32,000 bases of DNA from Alkanindiges illinoisensis DSM 15370 (lineage in GTDB: Bacteria; Pseudomonadota; Gammaproteobacteria; Pseudomonadales; Moraxellaceae), in the NCBI RefSeq assembly GCF_000619845.1, contig NZ_JHUX01000003.1, positions 1,748,622 through 1,780,621 of the forward strand, written 5' to 3'. Each line of letters begins with the position of its first letter. The stretch's first letter is position 1. The notes below the pieces were generated by a model that saw only the letters and a program-made list of their open reading frames with translations, had not been told where the DNA came from and did no database searches. Positions 9,473 through 19,853 of the stretch are shown piece after piece. A program made the translations under genes and the position numbers.

Positions 9473-9742
9473 ATGAGTGCCAATGTTCTTGTTTATACCA
9501 CAACAGTTTGTCCGTACTGTGTCCGTGCAAAACAGTTATTGCAACGCAAGAATATTGCGTATGAAGAAATTGACCTGAACAAGGAACCCAGCGAAGTACG
9601 TTCCGAACTGATGGCACGCACCAAGCATCGTACTGTACCGCAAATTTTTATTAATGATCAGTTTATTGGGGGTTTCGATCAGCTATACGCACTGGATAAA
9701 CAGGGCAAGCTGGACGAATTGCTTAACGCCAATAATGGCTAA
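9473..9742 (+). CDS. grxC: Glutaredoxin 3
   Basis: CPYC active site (TTVCPYCVRAKQLL), TVPQIFI and GGFDQL motifs, and a GGAG SD 8 nt upstream. Confidence 0.95.
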   Translation: MSANVLVYTTTVCPYCVRAKQLLQRKNIAYEEIDLNKEPSEVRSELMARTKHRTVPQIFINDQFIGGFDQLYALDKQGKLDELLNANNG

Positions 9743-9803
9743 TCGGCCTAGACCGATTTTTTTACTGCAACACGTTTAACGACATTAGATTAGGGACATG
9801 TTT

Positions 9804-10268
9804 ATGAGTGAACAACAAGCTCAACCACAACTGGCACTGGAGCGTATTTACGCCAAGGATCTTTCATTTGAAGTACCCAGCGCTAAAGTATTTACCAAAG
9901 AATGGCAGCCTGAGTTAAATATCAACCTGTCCTCTAGCGCTGAGCAAATTGATACCACTCATTATGAAGTGGTATTAAAAGTAACCGTCAGCGCTGAAAA
10001 CCAGCAGGAAACCGCGTTTATTGCCGAAGTTCAGCAAGCCGGCATTTTCCTGATGGAAAATATTGATCAGGAACAATTACCGCAACTGTTGGGTGCTTAT
10101 TGCCCAAGCATTTTGTTTCCTTTTGCACGTGAAGCCATCAATGACATCGTGACCAAAGGCAGCTTCCCGCAACTGCTGCTGGCACCGATCAACTTTGATG
10201 CTGCCTTTGCTGAAAATCTGGCGCGTGCCCAGCAGGAACAACAGCAAGCTGCTACTGGCAATGCCTAA
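9804..10268 (+). CDS. secB: Protein-export chaperone SecB
   Basis: Collinear with E. coli SecB: MSEQ..., [78 protein letters not shown]. The second ATG has better SD spacing. Confidence 0.95.
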   Translation: MSEQQAQPQLALERIYAKDLSFEVPSAKVFTKEWQPELNINLSSSAEQIDTTHYEVVLKVTVSAENQQETAFIAEVQQAGIFLMENIDQEQLPQLLGAYCPSILFPFAREAINDIVTKGSFPQLLLAPINFDAAFAENLARAQQEQQQAATGNA

Positions 10269-10286
10269 TTTCGTTTAGCGCTGTTA

Positions 10287-10316
10287 AAAGCCACAGTTTT
10301 GCTGTGGCTTTTTTAT
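10287..10316 (+). terminator. Intrinsic terminator after secB
   Basis: agccacag / ttttg / ctgtggct is followed by a T-run of six. Confidence 0.8.
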
Positions 10317-10397
10317 ACCAGCCAGCTTTATGGCTATCCCGAACTTATTACTATAGATGCTTACTAACAATCCAAAAAAAGCTGCCTTAAAAAAATT

Positions 10398-11198
10398 ATG
10401 ATTCCTTATCGTTCACTCATTAGTTTCATACCAAGATTTTTATTGCTGATCCTAGGCTTAGTTTTACTTCTGGACAGCTTGTATTTACTCATTCAGAAAA
10501 AAGTGCACATTGGTATTGTCTTGCCCTTGCTCATTGGCACCGTTTTTATCATTTACGCTATTGGATGGCATAAAATCCATCGATGGCTCAATCAACACAT
10601 TTACATCAAACGACTCTGGAAAACTGGCTGGTCCCTGTTTGCACTCTGGTGTGTGAGTCTGGGCTGGTTTGCCTTGACGATTCAGCAAAACATCACCCAC
10701 ACCATTGAAAGCACTCCTGTTAAAGTAATCATTGTTCTGGGTAGCGGCGTTGAAAACGGCAAGCCATCCGCAGCTTTGGCCAAGCGCCTTGATGCTGCTG
10801 TGCCGGTAGCGAAAACTTCACCGCAGGCATTACTCATCTTAAGTGGCGGGCTTGATTTTGGCGAACGGGAAGCTGAAGCTGTGATTATGGCACGTTATCT
10901 CCACCAGCATTATGCGATTCCTTCGTCACACATGGTGCTGGAAGATCAAAGCACCAGTACCGAACTCAACCTGAAAAACAGCAAAGGCATACTGGCGCAG
11001 CATCAGGTCAGTCTGACTGATCCGGTGGCTATTGTTACCAGTGACTTTCATACCATTCGGGCAGCAGCGATTGCCAGAAAACAGGGTTATCAGCAGGTGA
11101 CCATGATTAGCGCACCAACGCCATTATTCATGCGCTATAACGCCTGGCTGCGTGAGTATTTTGCTTTTTTAAGTGGCTGGGTGCTGAATGAATACTAA
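10398..11198 (+). CDS. DUF218 (YdcF/ElyC-type) membrane protein
   Basis: N-terminal TM helices, then the DUF218 core VIIVLGSGVENGKPSAALAKRLDAA...LILSGG...EAEAVIMARYL...STSTELN. Confidence 0.75.
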   Translation: MIPYRSLISFIPRFLLLILGLVLLLDSLYLLIQKKVHIGIVLPLLIGTVFIIYAIGWHKIHRWLNQHIYIKRLWKTGWSLFALWCVSLGWFALTIQQNITHTIESTPVKVIIVLGSGVENGKPSAALAKRLDAAVPVAKTSPQALLILSGGLDFGEREAEAVIMARYLHQHYAIPSSHMVLEDQSTSTELNLKNSKGILAQHQVSLTDPVAIVTSDFHTIRAAAIARKQGYQQVTMISAPTPLFMRYNAWLREYFAFLSGWVLNEY

Positions 11199-11230
11199 TT
11201 TATATTGTGGATAAATTAATTTTTAATTGC

Positions 11231-11821
11231 CTAGTGCTGATACATAACATCTGTACGAAGGACATATTTTTGCCCTGTTACGACTGGAGCACCTTCATGC
11301 AACTGTTGATGTTTAAAAATTAGTAACTGTCCAACTTTTGGAGCGATGGATGCAACCTGAGTTTCTGAACAGGGTTTAAGCATGCCGCTGTCACGATAGA
11401 AAATCGTTTCGCCACCTGAATAACTTTCATTTAAATAAATTAATAAAGTTAACTGGCTGCTATACCAATCATTCACTTCATAAGAAGCGTCATAATGCGG
11501 TTTAAATGTCTGGCCTGCTTCATACAAATAAAATCTGAATCGTTCATTTAAACCATGTAATTGCCATCCATTTAACGAAGGCGGTAAGAAGCTTTTAACT
11601 TTGTTAAATATTTTTTCAGCGAAATCGACATCATCATAAATTACGCGCTGATTATTACGCACTTCCTGCCTTAATTCAGATTGTGTACGACTAAGTGTGA
11701 TAGTTGCCAAGTCATATTCATGACGATGGCTAAACTCAATCAAATTTTTACACTCTTCAGGTGTAAAAACGTTATCCACAGTCATAATGAGTGGATCTTG
11801 CTGATAGGTTATTATTTTCAT
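11231..11821 (-). CDS. 2OG-Fe(II) oxygenase (prolyl 4-hydroxylase-like)
   Basis: HxD iron motif (FKPHYDASY), a distal His (KHQQLHEG), a basic residue in YVLRTDVMY, and GGETIF. Confidence 0.7.
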   Translation of the reverse strand: MKIITYQQDPLIMTVDNVFTPEECKNLIEFSHRHEYDLATITLSRTQSELRQEVRNNQRVIYDDVDFAEKIFNKVKSFLPPSLNGWQLHGLNERFRFYLYEAGQTFKPHYDASYEVNDWYSSQLTLLIYLNESYSGGETIFYRDSGMLKPCSETQVASIAPKVGQLLIFKHQQLHEGAPVVTGQKYVLRTDVMYQH

Positions 11822-11911
11822 GTGATAACTCTAAATTACTGCTGGTTTTAAATTTTTTCTAAAATATGTAACTCATCTACTCAAGAAATAAGCACTGATA
11901 GCACTGTGAAT

Positions 11912-13219
11912 CTATTCCTTGACCTTATTCTGCGCCTTGGAAATACATTCCACCAGTTGCCATGCAATCTGCGCTTTGGACGCCTTGTCCAGATGCTGCT
12001 GCACCAAGTGATAGTTTTCCGCAAAAAACACGGTCATGGCATTGTGGTCGCTGCCAAAGCCAATATCCGAACGGGACACATCATTCACTGCAATCATGTC
12101 CAGCTTTTTGCTCACCAGTTTGCTACTGGCATATTGTTCCATGTGCTGGGTTTCTGCCGCAAAACCCACCATAAACGGACGTTTTTCCTGCTGGGCAACT
12201 GTGGCCACAATATCCGGGTTTTTGACCAGTTGAATAGTGAGCTGTTCACCGGCTTTCTTAATTTTTTGCGGTGAAACTTCGGCGGCGCGATAATCAGCCA
12301 CAGCAGCGGTTGCAATAAAAATATCACAGCCCTGATTCACCACTTTTAAGCACACGGCCAATAATTCCTGTGCCGAACCAATGTCAATGCGTTCAATTCC
12401 CTGCGGCGTTGGCAAAGTGACCGGGCCTGCAATCAGGGTAACCTTGGCACCTGCATCACGGCAGGCTTCCGCCAGGGCAAAGCCCATTTTGCCGGTACTG
12501 TGATTGCTGACATAACGTACCGGGTCAATCGCTTCCCGGGTTGGCCCGGCAGTAATCACCACATGCTGCCCTGCCAGAATTTTTGGCTGATGGTGTGCTG
12601 GCTGGGCAAGCTGTTGAAAATAGTTGGCCACTTGTATCGCCAGTGCCTCAGGTTCTGGCATACGGCCCAATCCCACATCACCACAGGCCTGCTCGCCAGC
12701 ATCAGGCTGAATCACCTGCATGCCATAATCAGTCAGGGTTTGTAGGTTACGCTGGGTCAGTGCATTTGCCCACATTTGCTGGTTCATGGCGGGCGCCAGC
12801 CAGACTGGAGCCTTGCTGGCCAGCACTATAGTTGTCAATAAGTCATCAGACAACCCAGCCGCCAGCCGTGCAACCGTATTGGCGCTGGCAGGTGCAATCA
12901 GAATCAGGTCGGCCCAGCGTGCCAGTTCAATATGGCCCATGCCTGCCTCGGCAGCCGGATCAAGCAAGGTGGTATGTACCGGATTGCCGGACAACGCCTG
13001 AAAAGTCAGTGGGGTAATAAATGCCAGCGCGCCCTGCGTCATCACCACACGCACATCAAACCCGGCATCTTTCAGACGGCGTACCAGTATGGCGCTTTTG
13101 TAGGCTGCAATACCGCCAGTAACGCCCAATACAATGCGACCAGCCTGCTGGCCAGCCTGATCCATATCCGGATTTGTACCATCTTGATTTATATTGTCTT
13201 GGCTTGATGTCGTGCTCAT
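11912..13219 (-). CDS. coaBC: Bifunctional phosphopantothenoylcysteine decarboxylase / phosphopantothenate-cysteine ligase
   Basis: N-terminal flavoprotein domain (IVLGVTGGIAAYKS, PAMNQQMW) and a CoaB domain (ITAGPTREAIDPVRYVSNHSTGKMG, AAVADY). The ATG at 13219 is preferred over the GTG at 13264. Confidence 0.95.
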   Translation of the reverse strand: MSTTSSQDNINQDGTNPDMDQAGQQAGRIVLGVTGGIAAYKSAILVRRLKDAGFDVRVVMTQGALAFITPLTFQALSGNPVHTTLLDPAAEAGMGHIELARWADLILIAPASANTVARLAAGLSDDLLTTIVLASKAPVWLAPAMNQQMWANALTQRNLQTLTDYGMQVIQPDAGEQACGDVGLGRMPEPEALAIQVANYFQQLAQPAHHQPKILAGQHVVITAGPTREAIDPVRYVSNHSTGKMGFALAEACRDAGAKVTLIAGPVTLPTPQGIERIDIGSAQELLAVCLKVVNQGCDIFIATAAVADYRAAEVSPQKIKKAGEQLTIQLVKNPDIVATVAQQEKRPFMVGFAAETQHMEQYASSKLVSKKLDMIAVNDVSRSDIGFGSDHNAMTVFFAENYHLVQQHLDKASKAQIAWQLVECISKAQNKVKE

Positions 13220-13433
13220 GCTGTTTTCCCGTACCTGTTGTTTCGCACCTGCAACATGGCGCACACAATAGCACTAAAGTGTTTTTTACCCAAATAAAAC
13301 CTTGGCTCCAAACCAGACATTCATATTAAAATGGCAACGCTTTAAAACCTGTGACAACCAGAAATCAAAGATTTTTATAAACAGAACGACAAGAACATTG
13401 TAGCCATCATGACCACAAATAAACGGAACAATA

Positions 13434-14114
13434 ATGAGTATTAAATGCTGGCCTGTCTCTGAACGGCCGCGTGAACGACTGTTAAAGCAAGGTTCTGCTG
13501 CACTGTCCGATGCAGAGTTGCTGGCGATTTTTTTGCGCACGGGAAGCGCACGTGCCTCTGCCATTGAAATGGCCCGCAGCATGATTGGCGAATTTGGCAG
13601 CCTGTTTGACCTGCTGAATGCCAGTCAGGAGCAGCTGCTGGCCTGTCATGGGATGGGTGAAGCCAAGGTCGCGCACCTGATGGCAGCACTGGAACTGGGT
13701 CGGCGCTATGTTGGCCATCAGTTGCAACAGCATCACCAACTGGATGAACCCGCACTGGTAAAACAGTATTTTTCGCAGCAATTACGCCATGAACCACGTG
13801 AGGTATTTGCAGCCATGTTCTTGGACAGCCAGTTGCGCCTGATTCAGTTTGAAAAAATCTTTTATGGCTCAATTACCCAGTGCAGTGTGCATATTCGGGA
13901 AATCATGCGACTGGCGCTTACGCATCGTGCAGTGAACCTGATTGTGGCGCATAATCATCCCGATGCACCTGCCGACCCTTCCCATGCTGACCATCAGCTT
14001 ACCCTGCAATTGGCCCATGCCTGCCAGCTACTGGATGTCAAGCTGGTGGATCATGTGATTGTAGGTCAGGACAGGGTGTTATCCTTTGCTGAACAGGGCG
14101 ATATGCCGGGTTAA
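13434..14114 (+). CDS. radC: RadC/YicR-family JAB-domain protein
   Basis: N-terminus MSIKCWPVSERPRERLLKQG, HhH-like region LSDAELLAIFLRTG, and the JAMM motif VAHNHPDAPADPSHAD. It is divergent from coaBC, as in E. coli. Confidence 0.9.
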   Translation: MSIKCWPVSERPRERLLKQGSAALSDAELLAIFLRTGSARASAIEMARSMIGEFGSLFDLLNASQEQLLACHGMGEAKVAHLMAALELGRRYVGHQLQQHHQLDEPALVKQYFSQQLRHEPREVFAAMFLDSQLRLIQFEKIFYGSITQCSVHIREIMRLALTHRAVNLIVAHNHPDAPADPSHADHQLTLQLAHACQLLDVKLVDHVIVGQDRVLSFAEQGDMPG

Positions 14115-14135
14115 AATTTACAGGTTTGTGGCACT

Positions 14136-15041
14136 ATGATTGTTCGTGAACGTCCCAATTCAGTCCGGCTGCTGCTGGCCATGCAAGGCTCGATATTGCC
14201 GCAAATCATGCCGCAACTTTTAACAGTGATTGGTTTGTCTGCGTTGTTACTGCTACTCAATCACTGGACGATTCATGCACTGGCTGATGTGCCGATTGCA
14301 GCGTTTTCCCTGATTGGCCTGACCCTGTCTATCTTTCTGGTATTTCGCAACAATGCCTGTTATGAACGCTGGTGGGAAGCGCGCAAGCTGTGGGGCAACC
14401 TGATTGCCCAAGTGCGACATCTGGACCGCAATAGCCAACTGTTGCCAGCTGCGCAACGCCAGCAACTGATGCAGTATGTACTGGTATTTAATTATGCACT
14501 GTTGGCCAGATTGCGCAAAATTCCGCTGTCTACCGCAGTGCAACAATGGCTTAGTCCAGCCCAATATCAGGAAATCCAGCAGCACAGCAATCCTCCGCAA
14601 TATGCACTAATGCTGGCACATCACGTCTTAATGCAAAATTTGAAAAATGATGAGCTATCTGACATTTGCTATGTGCAACTGAACAGCCATTTAATAGAGT
14701 GTGCGGGTGTACAGGCAGCCTGTGACCGAATTGTGTCAACGCCGCTCCCTTTTGCATATTCCTTGCTGTTACACCGCACGGCTTATTTGTTTTGTTTGCT
14801 GTTACCGTTTGGTTTGGCGCATAGTCTTGGCTTTTTTACCCCAATTGTTGTGGGTTTGCTGGCTTATACTTTTTTTGGGCTGGATGCACTGGGCAGTGAA
14901 CTGGAAGAACCTTTTGGACTGGAAAAAAATGACCTGCCCTTGGATGCCCTGCTGCGCACCATGGAAATTGATATTTTAACGGGTTTAAATGCTGCCGATA
15001 TTCCTACACCGCTACAGCCCGTCAATCATGTGCTGACCTGA
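14136..15041 (+). CDS. Bestrophin-family (YneE/UPF0187) anion channel homolog
   Basis: LVFRNNACYERWWEARKLWG motif, TM segments, IVSTPLPFAYSLLLHR, and EEPFGLEKNDLPLDAL. Confidence 0.8.
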   Translation: MIVRERPNSVRLLLAMQGSILPQIMPQLLTVIGLSALLLLLNHWTIHALADVPIAAFSLIGLTLSIFLVFRNNACYERWWEARKLWGNLIAQVRHLDRNSQLLPAAQRQQLMQYVLVFNYALLARLRKIPLSTAVQQWLSPAQYQEIQQHSNPPQYALMLAHHVLMQNLKNDELSDICYVQLNSHLIECAGVQAACDRIVSTPLPFAYSLLLHRTAYLFCLLLPFGLAHSLGFFTPIVVGLLAYTFFGLDALGSELEEPFGLEKNDLPLDALLRTMEIDILTGLNAADIPTPLQPVNHVLT

Positions 15042-15069
15042 TCAATCATAGATCACTGAAACAGGCAAG

Positions 15070-15918
15070 CTAAAACTGCTCCCACACACCACGCTGGTTT
15101 TCCTTGACCACAGGCACTTGTCCCAGCTTCAGCCACGGCATATTGCTGCCATGAAAATCACTGGCAACCGATACCGCCAGGTCATGCTGGGCAATCAGGT
15201 AATCCATCATGGCGCGGGTTGCGGGTGGCTCAACAGCTGATGGTAACTCCATGGCATGTCCACCCAGACTTTTAAACAAACCTGCCAGATACCGAATATG
15301 GGTGGCCGATAAGCCATAACGGGTGGGATGTGCCAGCACAGCCTGCCCACCACTGGCATTAATGATGTTTAGCACATGATCCATCTCTGCCCAGGCCAGC
15401 GGCACAAATGCCGTTTTACCTTCTTTTAAATACTGGTCAAAGGCCTGTTGCTGCCGCGCCACAATGCCCTTTTGCACCAGCCAGCTGGCAATATGCGAGC
15501 GGGTAACGCCTTCTGCCCGGCCATCCGCCAGTGCCAGCACTTCAGGCCACGGATCAGTCTTGGTTGCTTTTTCCAGTTTCTGGCAAATTTGCACAGCGCG
15601 GTTAGCCCGAATCTGCTGCTGCTCGGCCAATAATTCCTGCAACGGTGCCAGATTTTTTGGGGCCAGCGCCACAATATGTACACCAAACGAATTTTTTTTA
15701 TTCGGCTTGTGCCACTGGCTGGAAATTTCCACACCTTCCACCAGCGTGACACCATGCTCTGTAGCAGCCAGCCGTGCTTCAGGCAGTCCATCCAGTGTGT
15801 CATGGTCAGTTAGTGCCAGCATATCCACACGGCTGCAACTAGCATGCTCAATCAGGGCTGCCGGTGACAAAGTTCCATCAGAAAAATGGCTGTGGGTATG
15901 TAAATCCATGCGTTGCAT
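15070..15918 (-). CDS. PHP-domain phosphoesterase (TrpH/YciV, RNase AM-like)
   Basis: MDLHTHSHFSDGTLSP, ALTDHDT, GVEIS, LAHP and SDFHG metal-binding motifs. Confidence 0.85.
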   Translation of the reverse strand: MQRMDLHTHSHFSDGTLSPAALIEHASCSRVDMLALTDHDTLDGLPEARLAATEHGVTLVEGVEISSQWHKPNKKNSFGVHIVALAPKNLAPLQELLAEQQQIRANRAVQICQKLEKATKTDPWPEVLALADGRAEGVTRSHIASWLVQKGIVARQQQAFDQYLKEGKTAFVPLAWAEMDHVLNIINASGGQAVLAHPTRYGLSATHIRYLAGLFKSLGGHAMELPSAVEPPATRAMMDYLIAQHDLAVSVASDFHGSNMPWLKLGQVPVVKENQRGVWEQF

Positions 15919-15964
15919 ATTCTATACTTTCGGCACTTTAACTTGACCTGGCTGACACTGTAGC

Positions 15965-16585
15965 ATGAAAGCCCTATTGGACTATGTTCCATTAATTATA
16001 TTCTTTTACTTCTACAAAACCACCGATCCGGCAGACCGTAGCCATCCCTTGCTACAGCTTGTTGGCAGTAGTGGTGCGCCCGATAACAACAACATTCTGG
16101 TGGCCACCTGTGCCCTGCTCATTTCCACACTGGTGGTTTATGGCGCACTACTGGTGTTCCAGAAGTTCCGGCTGGAAAAATCGCAATGGTTTGTGCTGGG
16201 CATGACAGTGATCTTTGGCGGCATTACCCTGATGCTCAGTGATGATTTTTATATCCGCCTTAAAGCCGTGATCATTAACGTGGTGTTTGGCTTTGGCTTC
16301 CTGCTTAGCCCAATGCTGATGAAAGACCGTAAGCCGCTCATTCAGCGCCTGTTTGGCCCGGTGTTTGAACTTGATGACCGCAACTGGAAAAAGTTGAATC
16401 TGGCGTGGGGGCTGTTTTTCTTTTTCATGGCATCACTGCATATTTTCTTTGCTTTTATCTTTTTTAATGGCAAATACTGGGGCGAATTTACCGCATTCGG
16501 CGATATAATTGTCATGTTTAGCTTCCTGATTGCCCAAATGGTCATCCTGAGAAAACACATCAAGATTTCCAGCAACGAAAGCTAA
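15965..16585 (+). CDS. yciB: Intracellular septation protein A (YciB)
   Basis: Collinear with E. coli YciB: MKALLDYVPLIIFFYFYK, FGGITL, KPLIQRLFG, WKKLNLAWGLFF. It has an insertion near the N-terminus. Confidence 0.85.
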   Translation: MKALLDYVPLIIFFYFYKTTDPADRSHPLLQLVGSSGAPDNNNILVATCALLISTLVVYGALLVFQKFRLEKSQWFVLGMTVIFGGITLMLSDDFYIRLKAVIINVVFGFGFLLSPMLMKDRKPLIQRLFGPVFELDDRNWKKLNLAWGLFFFFMASLHIFFAFIFFNGKYWGEFTAFGDIIVMFSFLIAQMVILRKHIKISSNES

Positions 16586-16616
16586 GCGCATCATTATTTA
16601 AATCCCGAGAAACCGC

Positions 16617-16913
16617 ATGCCTTTATTTGCTATTCACTGCACTGATGCCCCTGACCAGCTGGCCAAACGGATGGAAGTTCGGCCACGCCATCTGGAGCGT
16701 TTAAAAGCCCTTAATGAACAAGGCCGGGTTATTTTGGCCGGGCCTTGTCCAAAAAATGCAGAAGATACCGCTCAGGGATTTTATGGCAGCCTGCTGGTGC
16801 TGGATTTTCCGGATCGCGCCAGTCTGGATGCATGGCTGGCCGAGGAACCCTACTTAATCGAAGGTGTGTATAGCCAGATTGATGTTAAGCCATTTATTAA
16901 GGCCCTGCCGTAA
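16617..16913 (+). CDS. yciI: YciI-family protein
   Basis: 98 aa, collinear with E. coli YciI: VRPRHLERL, GRVILAGP, DPYLIEGVY...VKPF. Confidence 0.85.
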   Translation: MPLFAIHCTDAPDQLAKRMEVRPRHLERLKALNEQGRVILAGPCPKNAEDTAQGFYGSLLVLDFPDRASLDAWLAEEPYLIEGVYSQIDVKPFIKALP

Positions 16914-17311
16914 TGCTGCCACGCACAATTGAGGTAATTTTAACAGGCTGGCTGCTGCTGGCTGGTATGTTGTTGAGCACGCTGGCCTGCGCAGCTCCTG
17001 TTGCCAGTGCCAAAACTGCGAGCACAAAAACTGCTACCTCTACCGGGATTGTCATTAACCAGCAATTGCACCAGCAAATCCAGCAGAATACTGCCCGGCT
17101 GGCTCAACTGGAACAGGCCAATCAGGATGCGCTAGCGCGTAATCAGGAACTGCAACTGATGAATGACAATCTCACTGTGCAAGTGCAGGTATTGCAAAGT
17201 GAACGTAGTGCGCAAATGTTTTTGTATGGGGCCGTGACTTTGGCCGTTGGGGCGTTTATTGGATTTATTCTGGCTAACTATATTTTAAGCAAACGTACCC
17301 GTCGCTGGTAA
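16913..17311 (+). CDS. Small Gln-rich coiled-coil protein with a signal peptide and a C-terminal TM anchor
   Basis: Start overlaps the yciI stop (TAATG). N-terminal hydrophobic segment ending LACAAP, a heptad-like QQLHQQIQQNTARLAQLEQANQ..., and the C-terminal TM LYGAVTLAVGAFIGFILANYIL followed by KRTRRW. Confidence 0.6.
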   Translation: MLPRTIEVILTGWLLLAGMLLSTLACAAPVASAKTASTKTATSTGIVINQQLHQQIQQNTARLAQLEQANQDALARNQELQLMNDNLTVQVQVLQSERSAQMFLYGAVTLAVGAFIGFILANYILSKRTRRW

Positions 17312-17525
17312 TGACCGTGAAAAGTCTGGGTTGTCCTGTTACTGATGCTATATCTGACTGTCCGATGCAAAGTAACGCCTGAACAAGCAGGATTAGCTCC
17401 ATCTAGGCTTTTACCAGATTTATTTAGCCTCATCTCGCCCTTGTTGCAAGCGCAGTTCGATAAAATGACTGCACTAGCGCTTGGCCTCTTTAGTTTTAAT
17501 TGTCTTTTTTTTGGATTTAATACGC

Positions 17526-19442
17526 GTGTCCTCCAGCCTGACTGCTCCCATCCTACATGCCGAACTTGATTGGATCATTCAGGACGGCGTTGAAATTCCG
17601 GCATCAAAGCAGTTTGGCGATGTGTATTTTTCCAAAGCCAACGGACTGGCCGAAACCCGGCATGTATTCCTGCAAGGCAATGAACTGGCTGAGCGCTTGG
17701 CACAGCTTCAATCGCATCAGTATTTTTGTGTTGGCGAAACCGGTTTTGGTACGGGCTTAAACATTCTGGCGCTTTGGCAGCTTTGGCAGCAATACCGGCC
17801 TAACAACCACAGTCGCCTGCATGTCATTACCGTAGAAAAATTTCCGCTATCGCGTGATGACCTACAGCGTGCCCTAAAAGCATGGCCCGAGCTTGCTCAT
17901 TTATCGACGCAGCTCATTGCCCAGTATCCACCCGCCCTGCCCGGCTGTCATCGGCTGGTGTTTGCTGGCGAGCGCTTTTCCATTGATCTGTGGCTTGGGG
18001 ATGCGGCGGACTGCCTGCCAGAAATTCAAACTAGTCATCCGGTTGATGCGTGGTTTATGGATGGCTTTGCACCTAAGTGCAATCCGGAACTTTGGCAGGA
18101 CAATATCCTAAAACACCTAATCCGGCTTTCCGGCCCCGGCACCACGTTTGCCTCATTTAGCGTAGCCGGAGTGGTCAAGCAGGGCTTACGCCAGTTTGGC
18201 ATTAAGGTCACCCGGCCTGCTGGTTTTGGCCGCAAACGTGAAATGCTCAAAGCATGGTGGCTACTCCCTGAAGATGAAGCAGTCACTACCACTGCATCAG
18301 TGCAAGCGCCACCCAAGATTGCCATTATTGGGGCTGGCATTGCCGGGTTATCCATGGCGCATGCCTTGGCAAGCCGTGGTTACACCTGCGATTTGTATGA
18401 TCAGGAACAGCCACTGGCAGGTGCCTCCGGCAATCCCCGTGCATTGCTTGCACCCAAACTGATTTCACTGACAAAGTTTTCTGGCAATCTCCTGAATCTA
18501 GGCTGCCTATTTAGCCTGCGCTACTGGCAGCAATTTTCTGGTGTGGTGGAAAAAACCGGCACGCTGCATATTCTGGACAAGCGTGCTGAGCAGGAACTGG
18601 ATAAAGCCAGCGCCTACCACCAAGACATCCTTGAAGGACTAGCGCCATCACAGGTTATTGGGCAGCCCTCTCAGACTGACTCTGGCAGTGCCTTACCCGG
18701 TATCTGGTTTAAACAAGCAGGCTTACTTAACCCGCACCGGCTAGCGCAAGTCATTCTGCAAAATTCTGCGATTCAGCAACATCAGGTAGAAATTTCCCAG
18801 ATAAAGGCCCTGGATATACCTTCGCAAAACGCACAATGGCAACTAATTAATAATAAACATGAAAGCTCGGGCATTTATGATCATGTGGTGATCTGTACGG
18901 CATTAGCAAGTCCGCAACTCTGCAACCTGTTACCGCAACTAAAGCCAATTCGGGGACAGGTTTCATGGTTTAGCAAGCCTGGTAAAATGCCTGACCTGCC
19001 TTTGCCCATGACGTATGGCGGCTATATAGCCCAGCTTAACCAGCCCGAACATGAAGCTACTGTTTTACTGGGTGCCTCGTTTATCCGCCAGGATAACCAG
19101 ACTGATATCCGGCTGGCTGACCATCAGCATAACCTTGATTTAATCAAGGCCATTGCACCAGCCACTGCCGACAGCTTTCCACCCATTAGCACATGGCAAG
19201 GCCGTGCAGCCATTCGCGCCCAGTCGCCGGATTATTTACCGCTTGCAGGCCAGATTAACGGGCATGCAGGTTTATGGACACTTACAGGATTGGGTTCAAA
19301 AGGCTTTAGCTTTGCGCCACTCTGCGCTGAACTGATATGTGCCCAGTTACTGGGTGAAGTCTGGCCAATATCAGCCAGCGTGGCTGCGAGTGTTGATCCT
19401 AATCGTTTTGCTCAAACTCGCAGGCAAAATGGTATTGAATAA
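17526..19442 (+). CDS. mnmC: Bifunctional tRNA mnm5s2U34 methyltransferase / FAD-dependent cmnm5s2U34 oxidoreductase
   Basis: N-terminal MTase domain (FGDVYFS, GETGFGTGLN, DAWFMDGFAPKCNPELW, GFGRKREML) and a C-terminal DAO domain (IAIIGAGIAGLS, GLGSKGF). The start is uncertain because there is no in-frame ATG near the N-terminus. Candidates are TTG 17481, TTG 17511 and GTG 17526; I chose GTG 17526 by alignment length with E. coli MnmC. Confidence 0.85.
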   Translation: MSSSLTAPILHAELDWIIQDGVEIPASKQFGDVYFSKANGLAETRHVFLQGNELAERLAQLQSHQYFCVGETGFGTGLNILALWQLWQQYRPNNHSRLHVITVEKFPLSRDDLQRALKAWPELAHLSTQLIAQYPPALPGCHRLVFAGERFSIDLWLGDAADCLPEIQTSHPVDAWFMDGFAPKCNPELWQDNILKHLIRLSGPGTTFASFSVAGVVKQGLRQFGIKVTRPAGFGRKREMLKAWWLLPEDEAVTTTASVQAPPKIAIIGAGIAGLSMAHALASRGYTCDLYDQEQPLAGASGNPRALLAPKLISLTKFSGNLLNLGCLFSLRYWQQFSGVVEKTGTLHILDKRAEQELDKASAYHQDILEGLAPSQVIGQPSQTDSGSALPGIWFKQAGLLNPHRLAQVILQNSAIQQHQVEISQIKALDIPSQNAQWQLINNKHESSGIYDHVVICTALASPQLCNLLPQLKPIRGQVSWFSKPGKMPDLPLPMTYGGYIAQLNQPEHEATVLLGASFIRQDNQTDIRLADHQHNLDLIKAIAPATADSFPPISTWQGRAAIRAQSPDYLPLAGQINGHAGLWTLTGLGSKGFSFAPLCAELICAQLLGEVWPISASVAASVDPNRFAQTRRQNGIE

Positions 19443-19443
19443 A

Positions 19444-19758
19444 TTACTGACCCTGCTCAAGCTCCATGCCAGCAGCTTTGGCAGCTCGGGTGCCCCCCAT
19501 CAGTACCACAATATCGCGGTTTTCATCAAAAGAATGTAGCAGCTCGGCAGCTCGGGGGGCTTTGCTACCACCGCCACACAACACATAAATTGGCTGACCC
19601 GCATCAATCCGGCTTAACTGATCCGCAGATAAATCATTAATTGGCTGGTTTACTGCACCTTTCACATGGCCTTCAGCAAAAGCCTTGGCGTCCCTTACAT
19701 CCCAGATGACTGCATTGTCCGGGAAATTAAAGGTCGTAATTTCAAGCTTGCGAATCAT
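19444..19758 (-). CDS. Single-domain rhodanese-like sulfurtransferase
   Basis: 104 aa with VIWDVRDAKAFAEGHVKGAVN and a Cys loop YVLCGGGSKAPRAA. Its stop is 1 nt from the convergent mnmC stop. Confidence 0.8.
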   Translation of the reverse strand: MIRKLEITTFNFPDNAVIWDVRDAKAFAEGHVKGAVNQPINDLSADQLSRIDAGQPIYVLCGGGSKAPRAAELLHSFDENRDIVVLMGGTRAAKAAGMELEQGQ

Positions 19759-19853
19759 TTATACACTCCTTGACTACAATCAGCACTTGGCAAAAACTAC
19801 AATACCACCTAGCATTCTTACAATAATTTTCCACTCAATGTAAAGGATAAATC

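Noticed and set aside
11906-13274. Many overlapping ORFs on both strands across the coaBC locus (e.g. 11906-12274 +, 12932-13207 +, 13056-13274 -).
   Set aside because: They are antisense or out of frame relative to a full-length, motif-complete CoaBC. Their translations are Cys/His/Arg-rich nonsense with no recognisable motifs.
17345-17569. A 74-aa plus-strand ORF upstream of and overlapping the mnmC 5' region.
   Set aside because: It is out of frame with mnmC, has no motif or SD, and probably reflects the uncertain non-ATG start region of mnmC.
19440-19446. The convergent mnmC and rhodanese stop codons are separated by a single nucleotide with no terminator between them.
   Set aside because: This is noted as a curiosity implying overlapping 3' UTRs. 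Tight convergent packing is common, and nothing else in the sequence suggests a regulatory antisense mechanism.
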